From Candidatus Latescibacterota bacterium (lineage in GTDB: Bacteria; Latescibacterota; UBA2968), in NCBI GenBank assembly GCA_965204375.1, contig OZ241986.1:96001-160000 (forward strand): a stretch of DNA of 64,000 nucleotides. Direction: 5' to 3'. This document shows positions 38,953-48,668 of this stretch, one piece after another. Position 1 is the stretch's first letter; every line of letters starts with the position of its first letter. Position numbers and translations under genes: made by a program. The notes below the pieces were generated by a model that was not told the DNA's origin, made no database searches, and saw only the letters and a program-made list of their open reading frames with translations.

Positions 38953-39232
38953 TTACATTTTCCATCTTTAATATGGAAAAAATATCCTCTGGCGTCTTTC
39001 CTGTAATTTCCAAATAGAGCGAATCTGCACACAGATCTATTTCATCTGTCCAGATAATGACTCTACCATTTTCAACTTGAAAATTTTGAAACACGCTTGC
39101 ATCTTTCCATGCCGAAAATATACCTTTCCCAACGAGATGGGATAGATCTACTTCGCCCTCAACGCCATCTGAATATTGAATCCAAATTTTATAATCAGCG
39201 CATGCTTTTGCAGATATGATTTTAATCATCAA
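38945..39232 (-). CDS. DUF2442 protein (putative antitoxin)
   Basis: YSDGVEGEVDL...GIF...W..EIDLCADSLY. Confidence 0.85.
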   Translation of the reverse strand: MMIKIISAKACADYKIWIQYSDGVEGEVDLSHLVGKGIFSAWKDASVFQNFQVENGRVIIWTDEIDLCADSLYLEITGKTPEDIFSILKMENVNA

Positions 39233-39363
39233 TAAATCTCCTATGCCAGGTTGCGATCCGTTTCAGAATGGTTTATCAACCAAAAACTACGGCAATTTAG
39301 TTGATTGATCAAGTCGAATGGAAGCCCAACCAACACGGACCACTCACGAGAAAGGAGTTCGCA

Positions 39364-40332
39364 ATGCGCGATATTGTGGTCTTTAGCGGGAACGCACATC
39401 GTCAATTGGCAGAACATATATGCCAGTATCTGAGCGTGCCTCTTAGCCGCAGCACGATTAACCGCTTCAGTAACGATTGCATTCAGGTACAGTTGAACGC
39501 AAATTGTCGGGAAGCCGATGTCTTTTTGATTCAGCCTCTTGTGCCACCTGTCCAGGACCATCTCATGGAACTCCTGCAGATGCTGGATGCGGCACGCGGG
39601 GCATCGGCTGCCCGCACGACGGCCGTTATTCCATATTACAGTTACGCGCGGTCGGATAAAAAGGATGCGCCTCGCATCTCTATTGCAGGGAGACTGGTGG
39701 CAGATTTGATTGATACGGCAGGTGCTAATCGGGTGCTTACGATGGCCCTTCACGCGCCACAGGTACATGGATTTTTTCGCATTCCCGTCGATCATCTCAA
39801 TGCCCTCCATGTGTTGGCGAGATATTTTCGGGGCAAAGACCTGGCGGATACAGTCGTTGTTTCACCCGATCTTGGAGGCGCAAAGGAAGCAACGCATTTT
39901 GCCCGTCTGCTCAAGTTGCCCGTAGCTGCTGGAACCAAACGCCGCATCAGCGATGAAAAAGTCGTCATTGATTCAATCGTTGGCGATGTAGAGGGGAAGA
40001 AGGTGATTGTTCTGGACGAGGAGATAGCTACGGGAGGAACTCTTGTGGAACTTATCGATCGTCTTCGAGAGCGCGGCGTCAATCACATCACGGTATCCTG
40101 TACGCATGGACTTTTTACGGGACAGGCCCTGCCGCGTTTGAGTGCAATTGCAGAAGTGAAGGAATTGGTGACGACAGATACGGTTCCGCTTTCTTCAGAT
40201 ATCCAATGTCATCCCAATCTGACTACCTTAACCGTGGCACCTCTCCTGGGAGAGGCGATCCGCAGGATACACCACGGGGAATCGGTTAGTAGTCTATTCA
40301 CGGCGCCAGATTGGGTCGTCGATACGGGATAG
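39364..40332 (+). CDS. prs: Ribose-phosphate pyrophosphokinase
   Basis: VIPYYSYARSDKK, LHAPQVHGFF, VVSPDLGG, THGLF; AAGGAG SD. Confidence 0.92.
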   Translation: MRDIVVFSGNAHRQLAEHICQYLSVPLSRSTINRFSNDCIQVQLNANCREADVFLIQPLVPPVQDHLMELLQMLDAARGASAARTTAVIPYYSYARSDKKDAPRISIAGRLVADLIDTAGANRVLTMALHAPQVHGFFRIPVDHLNALHVLARYFRGKDLADTVVVSPDLGGAKEATHFARLLKLPVAAGTKRRISDEKVVIDSIVGDVEGKKVIVLDEEIATGGTLVELIDRLRERGVNHITVSCTHGLFTGQALPRLSAIAEVKELVTTDTVPLSSDIQCHPNLTTLTVAPLLGEAIRRIHHGESVSSLFTAPDWVVDTG

Positions 40333-40360
40333 ATGGGACAGGGGTAGGCACTTTTAGCAA

Positions 40361-40660
40361 TTAAGTTGCAGGCGCAGTATCAGTTAATGGCTCAATTTGA
40401 AGATCGCCGATCTTTTGTTGCGCGTGCCAGAGGTCGTATTGCAGTTGCAAATTCATCCAGAAAACAGGCGTTGTTCGAAATGCTTTGCTCAACCGAATCG
40501 CCATTTCCGGACTCACTCCAGCTTTGCCATTGACAAGCTCTGAAACGGTCTTACGCGCCACGCCGAGCGTCTGTGCTACTTCTGTCACTGTCAGGTTCAG
40601 TGGGATTAAACAAAGTTCTTTTAAAATTTCACCTGGATGAGCTGGATTGTACATTTCCAT
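40361..40660 (-). CDS. higA: HigA-family antitoxin
   Basis: HPGEIL...HTH...[21 protein letters not shown]. Confidence 0.92.
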   Translation of the reverse strand: MEMYNPAHPGEILKELCLIPLNLTVTEVAQTLGVARKTVSELVNGKAGVSPEMAIRLSKAFRTTPVFWMNLQLQYDLWHAQQKIGDLQIEPLTDTAPAT

Positions 40661-40671
40661 AAAAATGACCC

Positions 40672-40950
40672 TCAGTGATAGTCCACGAGATCTACATCGG
40701 ACACAATACCATCTTCAATTCTGAAAATGACCCGCCAATTGCCACTCACTGAAACCGCCCAGAACCCCTTTCGATGACCTCGCAAGGGATGAAGGCGCAG
40801 TCCCGGAAGATTCATGTCTCGAACCATTAATGCCCGGTTCAAAGCCGTCAGAATCAATCGCAACCGTTTGGCCTGAGCAGGTTGAATGCCGGACGTGTTT
40901 CCCGTTCTAAAAAATAGTTCCAAACCTTTATGCCGAAATTTTTCGATCAT
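40672..40950 (-). CDS. higB: HigB/RelE-family (plasmid maintenance killer) toxin
   Basis: MI..FRHKGL...LHPL.G...[13 protein letters not shown]...DYH. Confidence 0.92.
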   Translation of the reverse strand: MIEKFRHKGLELFFRTGNTSGIQPAQAKRLRLILTALNRALMVRDMNLPGLRLHPLRGHRKGFWAVSVSGNWRVIFRIEDGIVSDVDLVDYH

Positions 40951-40954
40951 CTGT

Positions 40955-40983
40955 AATGTAACCTGTAACGTGTCAGGTGTCAA
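40955..40983 (-). promoter_or_regulatory. higBA sigma70 promoter with internal inverted repeat
   Basis: TTGACA-17 nt-TACATT, 4 nt before ATG; ACCTG...CAGGT palindrome across the spacer. Confidence 0.7.
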
Positions 40984-41078
40984 CTCATGTATGCGCGATG
41001 GATGATTTACAATGCAATTTTCGTGCCACTTGCAAAAAGCTTAGAATTTCGGCATTTTTAACTCCTGTGCAAAGATAG

Positions 41079-41097
41079 GTTGAACATGTTGTTCAAC
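41079..41097. promoter_or_regulatory. Perfect 8-bp inverted repeat upstream of queC
   Basis: GTTGAACA-TGT-TGTTCAAC. Confidence 0.45.
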
Positions 41098-41142
41098 GCC
41101 CCACTCTCCATCTTGTAAATCCTGTTCTCGGATAGATTAAAT

Positions 41143-41826
41143 ATGAAAAAGAAAGCGGTTGTCTTGCTCAGTGGTGGGTTGGATTCTACCACAACGCTGG
41201 CGATTGCCACAAATCGAGGTTATGCTTGTTACGCGATCACATTTCGCTATGGGCAGCGGCACGAAACCGAACTCGAATGTGCGAGAAAAATTGCCGCTCA
41301 TTTTGGCGTGCGGGATCACGTTATTGCCAATATTGATTCGCGTGCCTTTGGTGGTTCGGCATTAACCGACGATATCGATGTGCCAAAAAATCGGGATGAG
41401 AGTGAAATGTCCGACGGTATTCCGGTCACTTATGTCCCCGCTCGCAATACGATTTTTCTTTCTTATGCGCTTGCAATGGCCGAATCTTTGGACATTCGCG
41501 ATATTTTTATCGGTGTCAATGCCATTGATTACAGCGGTTATCCCGATTGCCGTCCCGAATATATCGCCGCGTTTCAAACCATGGCAAATTTCGCCACTAA
41601 AGCTGGTGTTGAAGGAGATACGTTCACCATCCACACGCCGCTTATTGATCTGACTAAGGTTGAGATTATAAAGCGAGGATTAGAACTCGGTGTTGATTAC
41701 GCTATGACCTGCACCTGTTACGATCCCGATACAGAAGGTCGCGCGTGCGGGCAGTGCGACGCCTGCCTGTTGCGCTTGCAGGGGTTTGCACAGAACGGTA
41801 TGAAAGATCCGGTGGCCTATCGGTAA
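41143..41826 (+). CDS. queC: 7-cyano-7-deazaguanine synthase
   Basis: SGGLDS, YVPARN, YPDCR, CY...CGQCDAC. Confidence 0.96.
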   Translation: MKKKAVVLLSGGLDSTTTLAIATNRGYACYAITFRYGQRHETELECARKIAAHFGVRDHVIANIDSRAFGGSALTDDIDVPKNRDESEMSDGIPVTYVPARNTIFLSYALAMAESLDIRDIFIGVNAIDYSGYPDCRPEYIAAFQTMANFATKAGVEGDTFTIHTPLIDLTKVEIIKRGLELGVDYAMTCTCYDPDTEGRACGQCDACLLRLQGFAQNGMKDPVAYR

Positions 41827-41931
41827 GAGGTGACCCCTTTTGCCATAACGCCCAAAGTCAGCTTGCTAAATTTATGCGGATTTACGATCTTACAAAGTAG
41901 TTATCTCATTCACCTTCAAAGAATTGTGTTT

Positions 41932-43269
41932 ATGCCCGTTCTCTCACTCGACCAACTCATTGCCGATTATTGCGATCAAAACGCACACTCGCAACGTCTT
42001 TTCAAACGCGCACAAGAAGTTTTGCCCGGTGGCAATACGCGTACCGGTGTTTTTGTCAATCCCTTCCCGATTTACGCGGACCAGGGTGAGGGTGTTTATA
42101 TCGATGATGTCGATGGCAACCGCCGTCTCGACTTTGTCAACAACGCCACCGCCCTCATCCTCGGTCACGCCCATCCCGCTGTGAGCGATGCCCTGCGCGA
42201 GCGTATCAATAGTGGTACTGCCTTTTTTGGTCCGACCCAACTCGAAATCGAATGGGCAGAACTCCTGCGCGAGCGCGTCCCCTCCCTCGAACATCTGCGC
42301 TTTTGTAGTTCGGGTACCGAGTCTGTGGGCAATGCTCTGCGCGTTGCTCGCGCTTTTACGGGGCGTCAAAAAATTGCCAAATTTGAAGGTGCTTATCACG
42401 GTATTGACGATCCAGCTCTCATAAGCTATGTGCCACCTGTTACTCCCGATCTCGGTCCCGAAGACGCGCCTCATTCGGTGCTTTCTTCTGCCGGTCTTGC
42501 ACCCGCGACGGCTGAAAATGTCATTGTTTTGCCCTTTAACCATGCGCGTGCTTGTGAACATCTCATTCGTCAACACGCCGAAGAACTCGCATGCGTTATT
42601 ATTGATCCGCTTTCTACGGCTGCGGGTATGGCTTTGCCGGATCCCGAGTTTCTCACGCTCTTGCGCGATGTGACGCGAGAACTCGATATTCTTCTTATTT
42701 TTGATGAAATTGTCAGTTTTCGCATGACGTCGGGGGGCACACAGGCGGCGTACAATATTACGCCCGATTTGACCTGTCTGGCGAAGGTCATTGCTGGCGG
42801 TACTCCGGCTGGTGCTTTTGGTGGTCGCAAAGAGGTGATGGCTCTGTACGACCCCACATCTGGATCGCCTGCGATTCCTCAATCTGGCACGTATAATGGC
42901 AATCCGCTCGTGGCTATCGCTGGTCTTATGACTCTTAAAACCATGACTACCGATGCATATCGCCATATTGACTCGCTCACCGAATACATTGCCGCTGGTC
43001 TCAAAGAAGTTTTTAAAAGTGCCAGTATTACTGCGACTGTTGTCACTGCTGGCTCGCTTTTTCGCATCTACTTTCTCGACCAGGCACCTGCCAATTATCG
43101 CCAGGCTGCACGGGACAGCAGCGAAAAACACCGCTGGCTCTATTTTTATCTTTTGAACCACGGCATCGCGATTCGTCAAGGCGGCTGTGTTTCTCTTCCT
43201 ATGACGAGCACACACGCCGATGATTTGATCAACTGCGTGCGTGAGGGATTGCGCGTTTGGCCCTATTGA
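41932..43269 (+). CDS. Class III aminotransferase (GSA-aminomutase-like)
   Basis: LGHAHP, SGTES, KFEGAYHG, FDEIVS.R, PDLTCLAK, GTYNGNP. Confidence 0.9.
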   Translation: MPVLSLDQLIADYCDQNAHSQRLFKRAQEVLPGGNTRTGVFVNPFPIYADQGEGVYIDDVDGNRRLDFVNNATALILGHAHPAVSDALRERINSGTAFFGPTQLEIEWAELLRERVPSLEHLRFCSSGTESVGNALRVARAFTGRQKIAKFEGAYHGIDDPALISYVPPVTPDLGPEDAPHSVLSSAGLAPATAENVIVLPFNHARACEHLIRQHAEELACVIIDPLSTAAGMALPDPEFLTLLRDVTRELDILLIFDEIVSFRMTSGGTQAAYNITPDLTCLAKVIAGGTPAGAFGGRKEVMALYDPTSGSPAIPQSGTYNGNPLVAIAGLMTLKTMTTDAYRHIDSLTEYIAAGLKEVFKSASITATVVTAGSLFRIYFLDQAPANYRQAARDSSEKHRWLYFYLLNHGIAIRQGGCVSLPMTSTHADDLINCVREGLRVWPY

Positions 43270-43280
43270 TTCCAAAATAA

Positions 43281-44003
43281 ATGTCTGTATCTATACCAGA
43301 TGGCCTCGTTGTTCTCACCTTTGATGACGGTGTCAAATCACAACATACCTTCGCTGCCCCCATCTTGCTCGAATGCGGGTTCAATGCCACTTTTTATATC
43401 ACAGAGGGCTTGAATTTTCTCACGGATAAAACGCGCTATCTCACCTGGGAAGAAGTGCGCGAATTACACGATCTGGGCTTTGAAATTGGGAATCATACGC
43501 AGCAACACAAAAGCGTAGCTAACCAATCGCGGGAGGAACTTTTATCCGATATCCGCTACATCGATCAGCAATGCAACCGCTACGGTATCCCGATTCCCAC
43601 CACATTTTGCTACCCCGGCTACACCAATACTCCCGAAGCTGTTGATGTCCTCAATGAACGCGGTTTTACTTATGCCCGACGTGGCACTGCACCTGAATAT
43701 CCTTATAATAGGGAAGGTGGTCGCGGGCCAGCCTATAATCCCGAGCAACACGATCCGCTTCTCATTCCAACTACGGGCGCGTCGGGACCGCACTGGAACT
43801 TTGACGATTTCTTGTGGTCGCTTGATCAGGCTCAAAACGGTTGTGCCACAGTCCTCACCTTCCACGGAGTGCCCGACCTCGATCATCCATGGGTGCATAC
43901 CGAACCCGCATTTTTTGAACGTTGTATGCAACATCTCACAGATAATGGACACAGAGTAATCGCCCTGCGCGATCTCACAAACTACATCGCTATGGAGTCC
44001 TGA
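43281..44003 (+). CDS. Polysaccharide deacetylase family protein
   Basis: LTFDDG, EIGNHTQQH, FCYPG, FHGV. Confidence 0.88.
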   Translation: MSVSIPDGLVVLTFDDGVKSQHTFAAPILLECGFNATFYITEGLNFLTDKTRYLTWEEVRELHDLGFEIGNHTQQHKSVANQSREELLSDIRYIDQQCNRYGIPIPTTFCYPGYTNTPEAVDVLNERGFTYARRGTAPEYPYNREGGRGPAYNPEQHDPLLIPTTGASGPHWNFDDFLWSLDQAQNGCATVLTFHGVPDLDHPWVHTEPAFFERCMQHLTDNGHRVIALRDLTNYIAMES

Positions 44004-44004
44004 T

Positions 44005-44805
44005 ATGGTCGATTCTCTTCCCCTTATTGCCTACGACACGCTTGCAGAGCAAACCGAAGCCCTGTACCGCGATGGCTATGCCTATCTGCCTGATGTATTG
44101 GCGTGCGATCAAGTGGCAAAACTCCGCGATCATATGGACGCGCTTACACCTATCCCGGAAAGTTTTGACAAAAATGGGCGTCCCGAAGATATCGGTTTTA
44201 TAAATAAACACATCAACAATGCGTTCAACCGACATTCTCATTTTCTGCAATTTCTCGACCGCCCCGGTGTGATCGAGGTCGCTGAAGCTATACATGGCGA
44301 CGATTGCCACTGTATCGGTATGACCGCATGGATGACAGGTCCTGGTCGCCCCGACCAGAATCTCCACACCGACTGGCTTCCCCTGAGTCTGCCCGCAGAT
44401 ATACTTGAGGATTCTCGGGTACGTATTCCTATTTTTATCACTACGGCGCATTTCTATCTCGATGACATTACCGAAGAACTTGGTCCCACTAATTTTATTC
44501 CCGGTAGCCACCTTTCGGGCAGAAGTCCCAATGGGGATACAACGTGGAAAGATCAGACTGAAAAGTCCATTATGTGCAATGCCGGCGATGTGGTCATTTT
44601 CCGCAGCGAGGTCTGGCATCGCGGTACGGCCAATACCAGCGATAAGACGCGTTATTTGCTTCAAGTCCACTATGCGAAACGCATGATTACGCAAAAATAC
44701 CCCCCGTATCTCAACCGTTTCCAGTTTGACCCCGAAATTCTCGAGCAGGCGACGCCGCGTCAGCGCCGTCTGATGGGCGATCACAAAAGCAGCAATTACG
44801 ATTGA
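44005..44805 (+). CDS. PhyH-family dioxygenase
   Basis: LHTD, PGSH, GDV..F...WHRG..N....R. Confidence 0.88.
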   Translation: MVDSLPLIAYDTLAEQTEALYRDGYAYLPDVLACDQVAKLRDHMDALTPIPESFDKNGRPEDIGFINKHINNAFNRHSHFLQFLDRPGVIEVAEAIHGDDCHCIGMTAWMTGPGRPDQNLHTDWLPLSLPADILEDSRVRIPIFITTAHFYLDDITEELGPTNFIPGSHLSGRSPNGDTTWKDQTEKSIMCNAGDVVIFRSEVWHRGTANTSDKTRYLLQVHYAKRMITQKYPPYLNRFQFDPEILEQATPRQRRLMGDHKSSNYD

Positions 44806-44815
44806 GGAGTACACT

Positions 44816-45250
44816 GTGACTTTCTTGATAGGATATTATCTGTGGCTAAAAGTTGTACATCTCATTGCCATGATTGGCTGGATGGTCGGTATTTTGTATT
44901 TGCCGCGGCTTTTTGCGTATCACGCCGATGCCTCTACTGATACAGATGCGGTGTTTCAGCAGATGGAATACAACCTTATGCGGCTTCTGCTTATGCCCTG
45001 TATGATTGTCGTTTTTATTACGGGCATTCTTTTGATTATTGCAACGGAGAGCCTGGCGAGCGGGTGGCTTCACACCAAAATTCTACTCGTGCTCATGCTC
45101 GCCGGATTGCACGGTATGATGTCGCGCCAGCGCAAAAATTTCCAACGTGGCGAAAATACCAGAAGCGCGGCGTACTTTCGCACATTTAGCCACGTTACAA
45201 CGCTTATTGTGATCCTCGTTGTGGCGCTGGCTGTTCTAAAACCTTTTTAG
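44816..45250 (+). CDS. hemJ: Protoporphyrinogen oxidase HemJ
   Basis: WLKVVH, LYLPRLFAYH, WLHTK, LKPF. Confidence 0.88.
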   Translation: MTFLIGYYLWLKVVHLIAMIGWMVGILYLPRLFAYHADASTDTDAVFQQMEYNLMRLLLMPCMIVVFITGILLIIATESLASGWLHTKILLVLMLAGLHGMMSRQRKNFQRGENTRSAAYFRTFSHVTTLIVILVVALAVLKPF

Positions 45251-45278
45251 TGTTGTGACCCTTTGAGTAGGAGTGAAC

Positions 45279-46028
45279 ATGGCAAACGACGAATTTGTGA
45301 TTCCGCGACGATTGATCAATTCGGACCGGGAAGAAACACCGAGGTCCTTGCTGGATCTGATTGAACAGGGGCCATTCGATTTGGATACGGCGGCGTGGTG
45401 GATGTCGCATGTGACGAATGGGGCATCGTGGATTGTGGGGTCGGGTCCGGGCGGAATCGGGAAATCGACGACGATGCGTTCCTTTCTGAGCGTTGTACCC
45501 GGAGATCGGGCATTTGCGATTGCGATGCCAGGGGAGATCCCACAGCTCGCGGATCAGAAACGCTGCACGATTGCGCTCGAGTTGAGCGATCATCGGCCGC
45601 CCGGCTACCTTTGGGACCAGGATCTGCGTGACTTCTTCGATCTGTCGAAGGCGGGACATCAGCTTGTGGGGAATGTCCACGCGGATACGTTGGAAGAGAC
45701 GCGTGAACAGATCGTCGGGGCGTGTAGCGTTCCCGAGGAACAGTTCCGTCACATCAACATCATCGCATTTGTCTGGCTGGAAGGTCATGAACGTGGACAC
45801 AGCAGGCGGATCAGGGATCAGACATCGCGGCGGTTTCTGACAAGTGTGCACTACACCGATGGTTCAGGTGCTCACGAGCAAGTCTATTCGGAAGGGGCAG
45901 GACTCTCGCCCAACGCACCGAGGGATGTGGAACACGAGGCAAAGTGCCGAACATTTTTGGAGGAGGCATTGGGAGAAGCGTCGCGGGATATAGATGAATT
46001 GAGGGAGCGATATCTGGCCTGGCATTAG
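45279..46028 (+). CDS. Standalone small P-loop ATPase, VirB11/CpaF-like core
   Basis: Walker A GPGGIGKST, LELS, VHAD (His box); AGGAG SD before ATG at 45279. Confidence 0.65.
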   Translation: MANDEFVIPRRLINSDREETPRSLLDLIEQGPFDLDTAAWWMSHVTNGASWIVGSGPGGIGKSTTMRSFLSVVPGDRAFAIAMPGEIPQLADQKRCTIALELSDHRPPGYLWDQDLRDFFDLSKAGHQLVGNVHADTLEETREQIVGACSVPEEQFRHINIIAFVWLEGHERGHSRRIRDQTSRRFLTSVHYTDGSGAHEQVYSEGAGLSPNAPRDVEHEAKCRTFLEEALGEASRDIDELRERYLAWH

Positions 46029-46078
46029 GAGCGGTAGATCCCCTTCGACTGGTAGCAGTCTCACGGACCTTTTTTCGA

Positions 46079-47209
46079 TCAGGTCTGGATCTGTTCCAGC
46101 CAGCCTTCCAGGGTGTAGATCGGGTCGCCGATTTCCTCCGGACGGAGGCACGATAGGTCGGTGCGGTGTATGGGTCGAATGCCGAGGTCGGGGAGGGTGG
46201 CTCCGCGCTGGTGGAGGTCGGTGCCGTAGAGTTTTTCCAGGACGATGCCGTTGGCGTCGCACCAGTCGCCCGAGTTGAGGGTGGTCAGGCTCTCTTTGGG
46301 GTCGAAACTGGGGGCACCGAGGTAGCGGTGGATCCATTTTAGGGCGACGGTGTAGCCGAAGTAGGGTCGATGCCCTCCCGCCGGTTCGAACCAGCAAGCG
46401 ATGTGGCCGTCCGGGAAATTCGGCGCTGCGCTGGCCACGGCGTTCCGGGTACCTTCCCACGCGGCGCCGTCTCCCTCTGTGTCGATGATGATGTCGGCGT
46501 CGCCGTTGAGAATGAGGACGGCGCAGTGGGGCGCCGCCAGAGAGAGGAATTCCGGCCAGGTACAGAGGGTGCGCAGGCGCTGATTCGGGACGCGGGTGCA
46601 GAATTTGCCGGTGACTGTCATGGTGTCACACAGCGCCCAACCGGAGACCAGAGCCAGCTTGAGGCGGGTGTCGAGGGCCAGCATCCAGGAGGCCTTGGCG
46701 CCGCCGAGGGAGTTTCCCGCCACACCGACGCGCTCCCGGTCGATGTCGCTCCGGGTGAAGAGGAAATCGATTCCCCGCATCGTGTCGAAGACGAGCTTAC
46801 CCATGATGAGCCGGCCAGCCTCATCGGCGCAGGTGTGGACCTCTTCGGGGTCGTGCGCCCGGGTACCTATGTCGCCGCAGATGTGACGCTCTTCTTCTCC
46901 GACCGGGTCCAGAACCAGGCAGGCCAGCCCGAGTTTGGCATAGAGTTGGGGGATGTAGGTGTACTGCCACTGGCTTTTGCTGCCGCCATGACCACAGGTC
47001 ATCACGATGGATGGCATGGGTGCGATGGAGCGTGCGGGGCGATAGAGTACGGATGGGACGCGGGAACCGGGTTCGCTCGTCCAGATCCATTTTTCGACGA
47101 CGATTCCATCCCGTTCGATCTGTCCGCGGGACTCCGGAGCCAGGTCGCAGCGGACCGTGGGGATGCCCAGGAGGTCGCGCAGGGCGCGGCGGAGGGATTC
47201 GGTTTGCAT
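46079..47209 (-). CDS. Alpha/beta hydrolase (acetylxylan esterase/dienelactone hydrolase-like)
   Basis: GHGGSK, DPVGEEER, GNSLGG, NGDAD, GGHRPY. Confidence 0.82.
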   Translation of the reverse strand: MQTESLRRALRDLLGIPTVRCDLAPESRGQIERDGIVVEKWIWTSEPGSRVPSVLYRPARSIAPMPSIVMTCGHGGSKSQWQYTYIPQLYAKLGLACLVLDPVGEEERHICGDIGTRAHDPEEVHTCADEAGRLIMGKLVFDTMRGIDFLFTRSDIDRERVGVAGNSLGGAKASWMLALDTRLKLALVSGWALCDTMTVTGKFCTRVPNQRLRTLCTWPEFLSLAAPHCAVLILNGDADIIIDTEGDGAAWEGTRNAVASAAPNFPDGHIACWFEPAGGHRPYFGYTVALKWIHRYLGAPSFDPKESLTTLNSGDWCDANGIVLEKLYGTDLHQRGATLPDLGIRPIHRTDLSCLRPEEIGDPIYTLEGWLEQIQT

Positions 47210-47287
47210 GGGAAAGCTCTTTAGCTGGACAGCGGGATGTCGGCGTGCTGTGAGACGGTGAAGGTCCGTCCTGTAGATAGGAAAGAA

Positions 47288-47672
47288 TGGTGGAGGCGGC
47301 GGGAATCGAACCCGCGTCCGAAAGCGGTTTGATAACGGCATCTACGTGTGTAGTCTATTCACTTAGAATCTCGCACCCCGCGCCCCAACAGACAGGGTCG
47401 CTGAGATGCCAGCCCGATGGTTGGGGCTGTGGCCCACTCTCATCCGGAGGCCCTCGAGCGGAAACCCCCGCACCAGCCTGCTCTCGTCGGCGCTCTGCCC
47501 AGACCACGCAGGCAAGGTCTGAGAGAACGGACTGCGTAACGGTTAGTTAGGCAGCCATTGCGTACGTGTTATCGTCCGCAGTTGCGTTTTTTCCCAATTG
47601 TTTTACGAGGTGATTGGGCACCTCGACACGCAGCTATTATCTCTCCACCCCCGTCGAAGCCGTGTCGCCCCC
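47288..47672 (-). ncRNA. ssrA: tmRNA, tag (A)DDNTYAMAA*
   Basis: 5' GGGGGCGACACGGCTTCGAC; 3' GGTTCGATTCCCGCCGCCTCCACCA; tag frame 47579-47547 ending in AA-TAA. Confidence 0.96.
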
Positions 47673-47684
47673 AGCACGTTCAAA

Positions 47685-47713
47685 AATATATCTAAGTTAG
47701 TCCTTCCAGTCAA
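47685..47713 (-). promoter_or_regulatory. ssrA sigma70 promoter
   Basis: TTGACT-17 nt-TATATT. Confidence 0.65.
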
Positions 47714-47722
47714 GCGGTCAGC

Positions 47723-48658
47723 CTAATTCTCCTTAAACCACTCAATTGTCTGTCGCAATCCCTGCTCTGGCGTCACCTGAGGTTTCCATCCCAGGAGTTT
47801 TTTGGCCAGGGTGATATCGGGTTGTCGCATTTGAGGATCGTCGCCGATTTGTGCATTGGGCATCAGCGCGATTTCGCTTTTGCTTTCGGTTAGTTCAATA
47901 ATCTTTTTTGCCAGATCTAACATCGATGTTTCACTCGATGGATTGCCGATATTTACGGGCGCGTGATAATCGGCGTGCATCAATCGATAGATCCCTTCAA
48001 TCAGGTCTGAGACATAACAAATACTGCGCGTTTGACTGCCATCGCCATATACTTTCAATGGTTCACCTGCCAGTGCCCGATTGACAAAATTGGGAATGGC
48101 TCGTCCATCGTTTTTGCGCATGCGAGGACCATAGGTATTAAAAATTCGCACAATCCGCGTATCGATCCCGCTTTCGCGGTGATAGGCCATTGTCATGGCT
48201 TCGGCAAAGCGCTTGGCTTCGTCATAGACACCACGCACGCCCAGTGTATTGACATTGCCCAAATACGATTCTGGCTGCGGATGCACCAGCGGATCGCCGT
48301 AAATCTCGGATGTTGAGGCCAAAAAAAATTTCGCTTTTTTTGCACGCGCCACACCGAGCGCGTTGTGCGTACCGTGCGCGCCCACTTTCAGGATGCGAAT
48401 GGGATAGCGCGAAAAATCATCGGGGCTGGCCGGGCTGGCGAAATGCAATACATAATCCAGAGGTCCTTTCACGTAGATGTATTGCGTCACATCGTGTTTG
48501 ATAAATGTAAAACCATCCCGACCAAACAGGTGTGCGATATTTTTTGCACGTCCAGTCAACAGGTTGTCCATGACAATTAGTTCGTGCCCTTCATCCAGCA
48601 ATCGGTCGCACAAATGCGACCCCAAAAACCCCGCACCACCTGTTAGTAAGATACGCAT
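47723..48658 (-). CDS. UDP-glucuronate decarboxylase-like NAD-dependent epimerase/dehydratase
   Basis: [37 protein letters not shown]. Confidence 0.92.
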   Translation of the reverse strand: MRILLTGGAGFLGSHLCDRLLDEGHELIVMDNLLTGRAKNIAHLFGRDGFTFIKHDVTQYIYVKGPLDYVLHFASPASPDDFSRYPIRILKVGAHGTHNALGVARAKKAKFFLASTSEIYGDPLVHPQPESYLGNVNTLGVRGVYDEAKRFAEAMTMAYHRESGIDTRIVRIFNTYGPRMRKNDGRAIPNFVNRALAGEPLKVYGDGSQTRSICYVSDLIEGIYRLMHADYHAPVNIGNPSSETSMLDLAKKIIELTESKSEIALMPNAQIGDDPQMRQPDITLAKKLLGWKPQVTPEQGLRQTIEWFKEN

Positions 48659-48668
48659 ATAGTTCCTG

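Noticed and set aside
40984-41142. preQ1 riboswitch upstream of queC
   Set aside because: No stem with a UUC/CAC-type loop followed by an A-rich tail was recognisable by eye; an Rfam scan would settle it
41143-41826. queC as part of a Qat or Dpd defence/DNA-modification system
   Set aside because: Canonical length and motifs, with no qatA/B/D or dpd genes adjacent
41932-43269. Calling the aminotransferase hemL because hemJ is nearby
   Set aside because: It lacks the HemL GGVNSPVR signature (has GGNTRTGV), so it is treated as a GSAM-like paralog
41944-43275. 443-aa antisense ORF opposite the aminotransferase (and similar shadows such as 1615-2499 and 43990-44814)
   Set aside because: Codon-aligned antisense shadows of real genes with no recognisable motifs
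47210-47341. N-terminal extension of the hydrolase ORF into tmRNA
   Set aside because: It translates the tmRNA T-arm and acceptor stem (RVRFPPPPP), so it is spurious
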